A stretch of 63,867 bases of DNA, counting the filler, from Squatina squatina (taxonomy: Eukaryota): assembly GCA_031763465.1 (NCBI GenBank). It is 4 parts of 4 records of this genome, joined end to end, with 100 filler letters (N's around TTAATTAATTAA, not from the genome) between each part and the next. Parts side by side here need not be neighbours in the genome. Positions count along the whole stretch, not along the records: positions 51,142 to 63,867 come from JARFOE010000168.1; 3 more parts are not named here. The stretch is one strand, 5' to 3'. Shown piece by piece: positions 51,142 to 62,155 of this stretch; within the stretch, counting starts at the first letter, position 1, and every line of letters starts with the position of its first letter. The position numbers and the translations under genes are program-made. The notes under the pieces were generated by a model that saw only the letters and a program-made list of their open reading frames with translations, was not told the DNA's origin and did not search any database.

Positions 51142-52078
51142 CGGGGGTGGGGAGGTTACGGTCTGAAATTGTTGAACTCGATGTTGAGTGCAGAAGGCTG
51201 CAAAGTGTCGAAACGAAAGATGAGATGCTGTTCCTTGAGCTTTGTTGGAACAGTGCAAGAGGCCGAGGACAGAGAGATCCGAGTGGGAGTGGAGCGGAGA
51301 ATTAAAGTGACAGGCGACCGGAAGCTTGGGGTTACGCTTACAGACTGAACGTTGGTGTTCTGCAAAGCAGTCACCCAATCTGCATTTGGGTTATCCAATG
51401 TAGAGGAGACCGCATCGTGAGCAGCGAATACAGTATACTAAATTGAAAGAAGTACAAGTAAATCACTGTTTCACCAGGAAGGAGTGTTTGGGGCCCTGGA
51501 CAGTGGGAAGGGAGGAGGTAAAAGGGCAGGTGTTGCACCTCTTGCGCTTGCACGGGAAGGTGCCGTGGGAAGGGGAGGGGTTGCTGGGGGTGATGGAGGA
51601 GTGGACCAGGGTGTTGTGGAGGGAGCTGTTCCTTCGGAATGCTGAAAGGGGAGATGATGTGTTTGGTGGTGGAATCACGCTGGAGATGGCAGAGCATGAT
51701 CCGTTGAACGTGGAGACAGGTGGAGTGAAAGATGAGGAAAGGGGAACCCTATCATGGTTCTGGGAGGGAGGGGAAGGAGTGAGAGCAGAAGTGTGGGAAA
51801 TAGAACGGACNNNNNNNNNNGTGGCATCGTCAGAACAGATGCGATGGAGAAACTGGAAGAATGGAATAGAGTCCTTACAGGAAGCGGGTTTGGAGGAAGT
51901 GTAGTCCAGGTGGCTGTGGGAATCAGTGGGCTTATAGTGGATGTTTGTTGATAGCCTATCCCCAGAAATGGAGACCGAAGTCGAGGAAGGGAAGGGAAGG
52001 GAAGAATCGGAGATGGACCATATGAAAGTGAGGAAAGGGTGGAAATTGGAAGCAAAGTGAATGAAATTTTCTAGTTCA
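51142..52078 (-). mobile_element. Penelope-like retroelement: RT thumb plus GIY-YIG endonuclease, decayed
   Basis: LSTNIHYKPTDSHSHLDYTSSKPASCKDSIPFFQFLHRICSD, GTFPCKRKRCNTCPF, FTCTSFNLVYCIRCSRCGLLYIG and FAEHQRSVCKRNPKLPVACHFNSPLHSHSDLSVLGL; contains stops and frameshifts. Confidence 0.95.
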
Positions 52079-53684
52079 ACCTATGAAGCCTGATTCATTG
52101 AGATTTTTGTTCTGTTTATCTATAAAGTCATTGTTTTGACTAGTAAGCACAGTAATTCAGTAGACTTGTTCTAATCGTCGTTTCTAAAGCTATCTGTATG
52201 TAGTGTAGATGCAGATAAAAATAATGCAAAACTGCTAAGCAAATTATTTATTTTCATATCCAAATTGACTGGATATAGGGCGCACCACTTTTATTGGACT
52301 TTATTTGAATAGATTTTAAATACTTTTAAATGAACCAGCTATCAAAAGATCAAAAATAATGACAAATCTGTTGATGTGCAAAATATTAATTGTCTTTTTT
52401 TCATTTGCAGTCAACGGACCTCTTGCGGAAAAATAAGGCGAGCACGGAACTGGCTTTTTACGCATCAACTAGAGTTTGTAATGCTTCTAAGATGCCCTGT
52501 AACTAAAAAATATAGAGTTACTATTTCCTCTAGAAAATAGTAACAAAGGACTGAGTTGGTATTTTTTGGTGGTTAATCATTACATGAAGTTTTCTGGATA
52601 AACTCTTCCTTGAATGTCCAGGAAATAGATACTTGCATGATTACACTGACAAAAATACTTGCTGTGTTCTGTAAGTGGGGCTTGATTTTTAAATGTTATA
52701 ATCTAATCTTTTTTGAAAATATCAAGCAAAACACAATGTGAGAGTAGGAAATCATTTGGAAAGGCACAATTTTCTCTGGAATTTGCAACAGAAAGTAGTC
52801 TTAATCTTTTGTTCAAATTATATGTTTTGTGTCACAAATGTATCCAAGATATAGTTCTAAACTAAAATGTTGCCATATCAGCTAAAGCAAACTGTACTTG
52901 TTATCATAATTAAATAGTAGCTATGATACCAAATTTTGCAATGCAAAAACAACATTGCTTTAGCTATACATTTATATACTGTATTAAATCATTGTAAGTA
53001 CTGTAAGGAATATATTTTGTAGAAAAGAAGGAAACTAATAGGGGAGAATCACAGTAGTTGACAGGGAATTATGGTCCACTATAAATCTTGGCATTGTGAC
53101 CAAGGTTGGTGTTATTGCTGGCAATTAAGTAAGGAACTAATTACAATAGGGTTCAGTGGATTAGGCAGTGACTTTTCACCTCTGTAACCTAATCTTAATC
53201 AGTTTTTATCACTCTGCCCACTGTCACCAGATGGCATGTGTAGTTGCTGTTGGCCATATGCCCACTGGATTTCCCCCTTCCCCCAATTGTTTTACTTTAG
53301 GGTGTGGAGAGTAAGTAGCAGATTAATATTCTGGGACTTCCAAAAAAAAATGGGGTGGGGCAAGAGAGGAATAAAATTTAAGATTGAGGCTTACTTTTCA
53401 CTGGTTCTTTTAGCATTATACACTTTACTTGGGTTGACTGTTTCTGGTTAGATTTTAAATGCACAATATATGTACTGTAGAGTTTTTCTAAATTAAAAAT
53501 ATTTTGAATCTTGCTGTTTATTTTGCCAATAGCCTTGCTTTCTTTTCAAAATTATATATTGACCTTTTTAACTTGGAGTGATTTAATGAGAATGGAAAAA
53601 ATGATTCAGTACTGTAGGCATGAGGGAATAAACTTGTCTGATGATTCAGTGTGTAAATGTGCCACCTGGTGATCTATTGAGCCA

Positions 53685-53875
53685 TATGTGCCAAGGTTGT
53701 TCCTTGGTCTATGCTGATTTCAGTCCATGTCGACCATTGGTGAGAATCAAGCCTGACAGTGCACATTATCTGAGTCCTCATGAAAAATGACGATGTGGTG
53801 AGGTACTTGTAGAACCATACAGCAGCATGAGTCCTCCTCTTCAGGACAAGAGGAGAGAAAATTGAGAAGTGGGGT
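53685..53875 (+). mobile_element. SINE family A, internally deleted copy
   Basis: GGTGAGGTACT...GAACCATACAGCAGCATGAGTC...TTCAGGACAAGAGGAGAGAAAATTG matches the 3' end of the 1135-1260 copy. Confidence 0.6.
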
Positions 53876-54155
53876 GACAAGAAGGATGGACATATATGGA
53901 ATGGAACAAGCCAATTGTATGTAACATCACTTTGACAATCTAAAACTGACTACTCTGCAGGGAATAGATTTATAATGCAAGTGTTTACTTTTTCTTTCAA
54001 CATCCCATGCTGATCTAGAGTAACAGGAGCCAAAATGGAAAATTAACATACATAGTAATGGCAAGCAAAAGATTATTCATTCTGTATATATGTTCATTTT
54101 GTTTCTTGTGGAGCATTCAAAATCCAAGTGCACAGACACAAATTGAGGATGTCAG

Positions 54156-54308
54156 CAATGTTCCCTTTAAGCTGCGTGGGTGCACAGTGCTCCAGGGGTC
54201 CCGCGGAGCTGGTAAGCCAGCTTTTAAATTTTAAAAAAAAAAGCGCATGCATGGACTTTTGAATGAGCCTCGCTACACAGCCCAAAATTTTTTTTACGGG
54301 GAACATTG
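54156..54308. mobile_element. hAT-type MITE (153 bp)
   Basis: TIRs CAATGTTCCC / GGGAACATTG; 8-bp target duplication GATGTCAG (54148-54155) / AATGTCAG (54309-54316). Confidence 0.9.
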
Positions 54309-54429
54309 AATGTCAGTACAGTGTCTTTNNNNNNNNNNNNNNNNNNNNNNNNNNNNNNNNNNNNNNNNNNNNNNNNNNNNNNNNNNNNNNNNNNNNNNNN
54401 NNNNNNNNNNNNNNNNNNNNNNNNNNNNT

Positions 54430-54710
54430 TATTTTTGAAGTATAATCACTACTGCAACAGAGGCAAATTTTCAAAGTCAATTGTCACAAAGCAAGCTCCC
54501 ACAAACTACAAATGAGATGAATGACCAGTTAATTTGGTTGAGGAAGGATACTGGGGAGAACTCCCCTGCTCTTCTTCAAATAGTGCCATGGGATCTTTTG
54601 CATCTACCTGTTCAATCAAAGCCTCGATTTAATGTTTTCTCTGAATCACAGCGCCTCCGACAGAGTGGCACCTCCTCGGTACTGCACCTAGGTTATGTGC
54701 CCAGGTCCAT
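54430..54710 (-). mobile_element. Deu-domain SINE (SacSINE1/AmnSINE-like)
   Basis: Reverse strand AAAAGATCCCATGGCACTATTTGAAGAAGAGCAGGGGAGTTCTCCCCAG is the core Deu domain as I recall it; overlaps in homology with 17856-18050. Confidence 0.88.
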
Positions 54711-55824
54711 AATGGAGCAATCTTCTAACTGCAGAACAACAAATTGCAGTAATATAGTGCCTTTAATATAGTAAAACATCTCAAGGCACTTCAGAGGATT
54801 GTTAGCAGACAGAATTTGACTTTAAGCTCTGCATCTATCCTTGGAAATAATACCAAACAATTAGGAATTGGAACAATTGGGAACAATTGGAAACAGTCAG
54901 CTATTTTACATTGAATAGATATTTAGTAATAGAAGTTGCCAAGTGGAACAATTTACATTTTTAAATTGGCAGCTTTGAAAGGGAGGGCGAAGGAAGAATT
55001 CAATAACTAATATCCCAAGCATATTTTACCTTAATTTCGGGTCATACTAATCATAAATACTGATTATCCAGAATGACACTGCAGTGAAAGAGAGGTACTG
55101 AAACCAGAAACCAATTATCATTGATTGAGTGTCTCAATGTCTGTAGAGCTCTTGCCAATACAATTGAATTAATTTGCTATATGTGTTTGTGAAAGTAAGT
55201 TGATTGCATCAGAAACATTTTTGTTGGAAATGTATCAGGACATTCTGTCATTTCTATTAGATTACAATGAAAGTAATGGAGCCACGTGTCCACTGATGGG
55301 TGTAGTGATAATTGTTCAGTTCACAAATTACAATAGCCCGTTTCCGTCATAAAATACTGTAAGAGAGCAACTTAATGAAAATGTGTAAACAAATACAGGC
55401 AATTGTACATAACTGATTCTCCAGGGACACACGATATTTCCTCAGTCTTATGTGAGCTCATTAATACAACTCCAAGCAGCTTTCAAGCCGCCATAAATTC
55501 TAATAAATATTTAAATCAAAATCAATGAATAGAGTTTAATAAATTTAAACAGAAATTCAATCCTGTTGTAAAAATGTTTCATTTCATTAGTAATCCTCTG
55601 CCTGGAGCGGCATTGTCCAGCTGGCATCATCCCCATACTTTTCAATGCATGGGTGGTGACGTTTTTACTTCTTTGGACTGACTTAATTGGCGTGTAGGTT
55701 TTTCCAGTGAAAATGGACACAGGTGGGATCACATTGGTTGTCTGTTGCTGTGCCGGCACACTGGAGGCGGTGCTAGATGTCGTCGTCTATAACTGAAGTC
55801 CCCCATCTTCCTGAAGTCTTTCAC

Positions 55825-55900
55825 TATCCTCCTCACTATACTTCCAAGTTTTGTGTCATCTGCAAATTTTGTAATTGTGCCCAGTACATCCAAGTCCAAG
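55825..55900 (-). mobile_element. CR1 RT catalytic-motif fragment
   Basis: Reverse strand AAATTTGCAGATGACACAAAACTTGGA encodes KFADDTKLG. Confidence 0.85.
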
Positions 55901-56224
55901 NNNNNNNNNNNNNNNNNNNNNNNNNNNNNNNNNNNNNNNNNNNNNNNNNNNNNNNNNNNNNNNNNNNNNNNNNNNNNNNNNNNNNNNNNNNNNNNNNNNN
56001 TGTCACCACTTTCCTGATCACAGCATGGATCTCATCAATGGTGGTACCACTAGTTGCAGGTATGGAGCTTTGGTAGAATCGGCTTGCCTCTCTGCAACTC
56101 CTTCATGGTAGACAATGAACTCTAGATATACGAGCACATGTTCTTGTATCTGATCTCCAAGTAAGGCCTTTCACCAACTGTTCTTTTAGTATTCAGTATC
56201 ATGCCTTTGTTACCTCTAAACTTG

Positions 56225-56757
56225 AATATTCCAGCGCACCCCTGGCCGGCCTCCCACATTCTAAACTCCGCAAGCTTGAGGTCCTCCAAAACTTGGCTGT
56301 CCATGTCATACCTCACCCCAAGTCCCATTCACCCATCATCCCTGTACTCACTGACCTACATTGGCTCCTGGTTAAGCAACGCCACGATTTAAAAATGCCC
56401 ATCCTTGTTTTAAAATCCCTCCATGGCCTTGCCCCTCCCCATCTCTGTAATCTCCACCCTGCAAGATATTTGTGCTCTTCTAACTCTGGCCTCTTGAGCA
56501 TCCCTGATTTTAATCGCTCCACCATTGGCGGCTGTGCTTTCAGCTGCCGGGACCCTGGAATTCCCTCCCTAAACCTTTCCGCCTCTCTACCTCTCTTTCC
56601 TCCTTTAAAGATGCTCCTTAAACCTACCTCTTGACCATTTGCCCTAATATCTCCTATGTGGCTTGGTGTCAAACCTTGTTTGATAACACTCCTGTGAAGC
56701 ACCTTGGGATGTTTTACGACATTAAAGGTGCTATATACATGCAAGCTGTTCTTGTGT
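56225..56757 (+). mobile_element. L2 LINE 3' end (end of ORF2 plus 3' UTR)
   Basis: PIIPVLTDLHWLLVKQRHDLKMPILVLKSLHGLAPPHL and tail CCTGTGAAGCACCTTGGGATGTTTTACGACATTAAAGGTGCTATATACATGCAAG. Confidence 0.93.
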
Positions 56758-56829
56758 TCAGGCCTCATGGTAGTAATTGGGAGAGCTGCTGGAGCTTCCA
56801 GAGGCAGCTCATCCATTTTAATTCATCCA

Positions 56830-57498
56830 TTTTTGCCCTTCAGTAAGTCCCGGGAGCTGGGGAGGAGAACAGGACGGGGAGAACAGAGCTGTCAGTGGCC
56901 CTCAGGAGTAGGGTTGCCAACTCTCCAGGCTCGTCCTGAGTCTCCGGGGACTAAAAATTAATCTCCAGGGCCCTGCTCCGAGCAACCCAGGAGAAAAATC
57001 AAAGGGGCATTGAAAAAAGTGTTTTTTTTCCCCCCATTTTCTTTGATGTTGTTTCCTTATTAGTTATACGAACATTAGAGGTTGGGGGGAAAAAAGGCTG
57101 CTTGAGTGGGCGGGAGAGTTGGAAGCAGAAGATCATGTGATGAGCCCTCCAGGAATATGCCCAACCAGAGTTGGCGACCCTACTCAGGATCGTGGAGCCG
57201 GGAGGAATTTTAAAAATAAAACTACCTTTATGTCGGCAGCAATTTGTTAGGCCCCTTCCGCTGCGGGAAAACCTGGTACCTCAGGGCAGCCCAGTGTCAG
57301 GAAAGATTCCTAAAACAGGCGTTGGGCCCTTCAGTACCATATGCAAGGGGTCTGACCTGTATCTTAGGCAGCTGCCAGGAATGCCTGAAAAATCGCCTGA
57401 CCCCATTTCAGGCACAAGACATCACCCCGCAAATTTGGTCCTTTTTGCCCCCGTTTTCCGCCCAGGGAATGAGCGCAATGAGGTCCAATTTCTACCCC
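56830..57498. mobile_element. Harbinger-type non-autonomous element hosting a nested hAT MITE
   Basis: GC-rich body ending AATTTCTACCCC, like the termini of other MITEs here; left boundary uncertain. Confidence 0.5.
56909..57182. mobile_element. hAT (Blackjack-like) MITE (274 bp)
   Basis: 16-bp TIRs TAGGGTTGCCAACTCT / AGAGTTGGCGACCCTA (1 mismatch); 8-bp target duplication CTCAGGAG (56901-56908) / CTCAGGAT (57183-57190). Confidence 0.92.
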
Positions 57499-57744
57499 AT
57501 TTTATCCTCTTAAATATAGAAAAATTAATTTAGATAAGTGCTGGAAAACTGTCTGTAATTGCTTCAGGGAATTCACAGTGGCTGTTTTCAGCTTTATTTT
57601 CCCAGTCAGAAATAGTTAAACCTATAAAATAATTTCAAGGGTAATCCAAATACTACTCACAAGTCACTATCTAAAGTACTAATTTTGGAAAATTACATTT
57701 TTTGGGTGAGACAGTTAAAAAAAATGTTTTGCACCGAAAACAAA

Positions 57745-58030
57745 TGAAAGGAGCAATAATAGTAGAGAAGAGGAGGCTTTGAGGTGCCCTAATTGAAATT
57801 TATAATGTTATGAGAGCGATGCAGGCAAACTATGCACTGCTGCAAAGGGTTCAAATACCAGGGGACACAAGTTAAACATTAAGAAGTTAGGAGTAAGAAG
57901 GGAAGCCAAGTGAAACTTTCTTGCACAGAGGGTAATAGAGCTGTGGAATAAGTTACCAGGGATGGCTGCTGAAGCAGACAATATAAATGGATTCAGGAGG
58001 CAATTAGATACATTTCTGGAGAGGGAGAAG
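57745..58030 (+). mobile_element. Old CR1 ORF2 C-terminal fragment
   Basis: EKRRL*GALIEIY...TRGHKL...AQRVIELWNKLPGMAAEADNINGFRRQLDTFL. Confidence 0.88.
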
Positions 58031-58536
58031 GGACCTGTGGGATTGAGATCTCCCAGAAAGGGATGCAGTTGTTTGATTTAAGGGTCCTTGCGTGTTTCTG
58101 GAAATTCTTTTGTTCTTAATGAGGCACTCATTTTATTTCTTAAGTGATCTACTAGAAAAACAAAATGCTAAACACGGAATTATAGACCGCATAGCAAAGT
58201 ATACTGAAGACTTATTACAGGAAACAAGATACATGGATATCTCAGTCTTATATAATCTGTTTTTCGAAATCTTACTTCAAGGTTCCAGCCAGAAAGGCCA
58301 AAGAGAGAGATGCAAATAAACTCTTTCTCCATTCTAAATTATACTTTGTGACAAATCCTTTTATTTACAGTTTCCAACATGCTTTCAGCAAAATGGTGGA
58401 TTCTTGCAGATTTCTCCATGGCCACCATCAGCATTGTCACTCAGCTATCATGAGAAACAGTTACTGGGGAGCAAAATAAGACACTTCTCTGTGAGGCAAT
58501 AAACGACCACGTAGGTGAGGGACTGAAAGGCTGCTT

Positions 58537-59577
58537 GCACCTGTGGAGCTGTGCCCCAGCACTTGTGGAATTATATGTCAGCACCTGTGGAACAGTACCC
58601 CAGCTCCATTCGAACTGTACCCCAGTACCTGTGGAACTGTACAACAGCACCTGTCGAATTGTACCCCAGCATCTGTGGAACTATATGCCAGCACTGGTGA
58701 AACTGTACCCCAGCACCTGTGGAACTATAGGCCAGCACCTGCGGAACTATAGGCCAGCACCTGCGGAACTATATGCCAGCACCTGTGAAACTGTACCAAG
58801 CACTGATGGAAGTGTATGCTAACACCTGTGGAAATGTGTCCTTACACCTGAGGAACTGTAACCCAGCCTGTGTGGACTTGTACCCAAGCCGCAGTAGAAC
58901 TGCATCCTAACACGTGTGCAAATGTGTCCCAACATCTGTGGAACTGAATCCCAGCATATGTGGAACTGAACCAAGCACCTGTGGAAGTATAACCCATCAG
59001 CTGTGGAAACACATCACAGCTCCTGTGGAACTGTATTACAGAAGCTGTGGAACTGTACCCCAGCTCCTTTGGAACTGTACCCTAGTACCTGTGGAACTGG
59101 ACCCCAGCTCCATTCAAACTGTACCCCATCCCCTGTGGAGCTGTGCCCAACATTTGTGGAATTATATGCCAGCACCTGTGGAACTGGACCCCAGCTCCAT
59201 TCAAACTGTACCCCAGTACCTGTGGAACTGTACACCAGCACCTGTCGAATTGTACCCCAGTTCTTGTGGAACTGTATGCCAGCACTGGTGAAACTGTAGC
59301 CCAGCACCTGTGGAACTGTATCCCAGCACCTGTGGAATTGTAGTCAAGCCCCAGTAGAACCGCATCCTAACATATGTACAAATGTATCCTAACACCTGTG
59401 GAACTGAACCAAGCATCTGTGGAACTGCATCCTAACACCCGTGGAGCTATTTTCCAAGCACCTGTGAAACTGCACCCCCGCTCCTGTGGAACTGTACACC
59501 AGCACCTGTCGAACTGTACCCCAGCACATGTGGAATTATATCCCAGCAATTGTGAAACTGTATCCCAGCACCTGTGA
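58537..59577. repeat. 22-bp minisatellite (consensus GCACCTGTGGAACTGTACCCCA), about 47 visible units, truncated by a gap
   Basis: Degenerate tandem units with higher-order duplication. Confidence 0.95.
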
Positions 59578-60132
59578 NNNNNNNNNNNNNNNNNNNNNNN
59601 NNNNNNNNNNNNNNNNNNNNNNNNNNNNNNNNNNNNNNNNNNNNNNNNNNNNNNNNNNNNNNNNNNNNNNNNNNNNNTTACAATATCAATCAGAGACAAT
59701 AAGTGTTTATCCCATCTTTTAAAGCTGGCTTTAATTTGGACCAAAAACAAACAGCACACCATTCTGACTCTACAGTACCACCATCTAGTTTGGAGTTTTT
59801 AATAAACTGCTAACAGATGGTAATTTGTAATGAAATAATGGCAGATTGAGATCTGTCCGCAATAATGATAATTCAGAGTTTCAAATTAAGATAAGTGGTT
59901 TGAATTTTTAAATTAAAAACATTTGCATTTTTTAAATGAGTTTAGTTCTTTAAAAAAGATTGTTTCACACATGGACAAGCCAACAGGAAATTCACTTCAT
60001 CAAATTTGATGTTAAGCAATGGTCCAAGGGATCATTGTGAGCCAGTGGGATATCGGAGTATGTGAAAGACTCATGGTTTGTGATATCATTGGAGTAACAT
60101 AATAAAGTAAAGCAGATTACTTTATTTATAAA

Positions 60133-60460
60133 ATCATAGAATTTGACAGTTTAGAAGGAGGCCATTTGGTCCATCAAGCCCTGAAAGAGCGAACTACTTA
60201 CTCCTGTTCCCCTACCCTTTCTTCATATCTTTTAAAATTATTTTACAAATATTTACCCACTTCCCTTTTGAAAAGCTGTTATGGATTCTGCTTCCACCAC
60301 TGTTCTGTTTCTGATCGGGCATTTCATGCCCTAACACGAGTCTGTGTAAAAAAAAATTCTCGCTTCATTCTTTTGGTAATGATCTTAAATTTCTGCCCTC
60401 TAGTTACAGACTCACCAACTAGTGGAAGATAGGTTTCCCTATTTACCTAATCAAAACTCT
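60133..60460 (-). mobile_element. CR1 LINE 3' region
   Basis: ATCATAGAAT...AGAAGGAGGCCATTTGGTCCATC tail and TTCTGCTTCCACCAC...TCTGTGTAAAAAAA...TGCCCTCTAGTT (reverse of the TRGH/FFTQRV region). Confidence 0.8.
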
Positions 60461-60462
60461 TA

Positions 60463-60929
60463 GGGGTCCCAATTGGCTTATGCCCAAACGACCCGCAGCA
60501 TTGGGGTTGCACAGCCGGGAGTGCGCCCTGCTAAAAGCAGGGCACTGGTCGCAATCCTGGCCTCGTTGAGGCCGTTTCGTGCCAGTGTAGTGTGGCAATG
60601 CAAATTCAGTGTTGCCACAGCGCTGACCCGGTGATGACCCGGCCATTGCGGCGTCACTTCCTGGTTACGCCAGCAGTGTGGCTTGAGCCACGTTGCCGGT
60701 GCAACCGTACATGCGTGAGCCACGGCCCCGCCCCCTCCCTTAAGGCCAAGGGCCGCAGGCTTTTGCCAAAGAGGAGCATCGGCGGCCCACTGGGTGTGCC
60801 AGCAAGGCGGTGGGGTTCCACAGGCTGCCGACATTGACGTCTGCTGATGCGTAAAGATGGCTGCCGACAGCGCAGAACACGCGCCTTTAAGGGCCCCTTG
60901 CTACGACAAGGAAAAGCTGTCGTTGCCTG
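60463..60929. mobile_element. GC-rich Harbinger-type element end
   Basis: TTA followed by GGGGTCCCAATTGG; CpG-rich; runs into a gap. Confidence 0.65.
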
Positions 60930-61737
60930 NNNNNNNNNNNNNNNNNNNNNNNNNNNNNNNNNNNNNNNNNNNNNNNNNNNNNNNNNNNNNNNNNNNNNNN
61001 NNNNNNNNNNNNNNNNNNNNNNNNNNNNNAAAATTAATAATACTCTTTGTTTCACTTCTAGTATCACCAACACTGCAAAATTTCCACATTCAATAAAACA
61101 ACAACCAGCACAACTGCAAGATACAGAAAACAAGTTGCAATGAAAAATCGCTGTCTGGTACATATCATAAACAATAACAGATGCCTAGAAGTGGGGTTTA
61201 GGCATTAATCCAATCTCAAGGTTCAGATGACTAGCATAAACTCTGCTCTCGTGGTTTATGATGTTTCCGCAGTTCCCTGATTGGATTACTTGCCTTGTAA
61301 TAGCTCTCAAGCTGTTTTAATGGTACCTTTGTATCACCAGCTCTTGATGAGCAGGTCTTGGACAGTTCGTGGCAGTTGTATAGCTAAATTCCCTGGATTA
61401 GCAAAGACCAGGGAGCAGGATATTTCATTCCATATCAGATTTTCCCTGTTGCCGCCAGGCTATCTGGCACCAGTAATCCGGCTGCTTCAATTGCTGTACT
61501 ACAGCGCAATTCTCTGTAGCGACATCATGACTCAAACCTTGGACATTTTTGGGTATCACAATATCACTTCCTGCTGACATCATGATGCTAATACTCCACA
61601 CATACTCACTGACACAGTGCTGATACTCCACACACCCNNNNNNNNNNNNNNNNNNNNNNNNNNNNNNNNNNNNNNNNNNNNNNNNNNNNNNNNNNNNNNN
61701 NNNNNNNNNNNNNNNNNNNNNNNNNNNNNNNNNNNNN

Positions 61738-62155
61738 GGATAGGAGGGCAAAACTGGAGAGTGTAAGTGAAGAATAGGACAATGGCCAGGGCAACAGTGG
61801 ACCGTGTAAGTGAAGAATAGGAGGACAACAGTGGACAATGCAAATGAAGAATATGCGGACAATTGTGGACAGTGCAAGTGAAGAATAGCAGGCCAACAAT
61901 GGACAGTGCAAGTGAAGAATAGCAGGGCAACAGTGGACAATGTAAGTGAAGAATTGGAGGGCGACAGTGTAAGTGAAGAATAGGACAAAAGTGGACAGTG
62001 TAAGTGAAGAATAGGAGGGCAGCCGTAGACAGTTCAAGTGAAGAATAGCAGGGCGACAGTGCAAGTGAAGTATAGCAGGGCAATGGTGGATAGTGCAAGT
62101 GAATAGCCGGGCAACACTGCAAGTGAAGAATAGGACAAAAGTGGACAGTGCAAGT
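61738..62155. repeat. ~34-bp minisatellite (AGTGGACAGTGCAAGTGAAGAATAGCAGGGCAAC) with shorter variants, about 13 visible units
   Basis: AAGTGAAGAATAG core recurs at roughly 27-40 bp spacing; left end lost in a gap. Confidence 0.92.

Noticed and set aside
51371-52055. Several 100-150 aa ORFs on both strands
   Set aside because: They are off-frame or antisense readings of the decayed Penelope element.
52411-52436. Terminal exon VNGPLAEK* spliced from the 41935 donor
   Set aside because: Phase-compatible, but I recognise no protein with this C-terminus and alternative frames are equally plausible.
58537-59577. CRISPR-like array or Cys/Pro-rich repeat protein gene
   Set aside because: Units are contiguous and degenerate with no unique spacers and no cas genes, in vertebrate DNA; open frames follow from the stop-free 22-bp unit.
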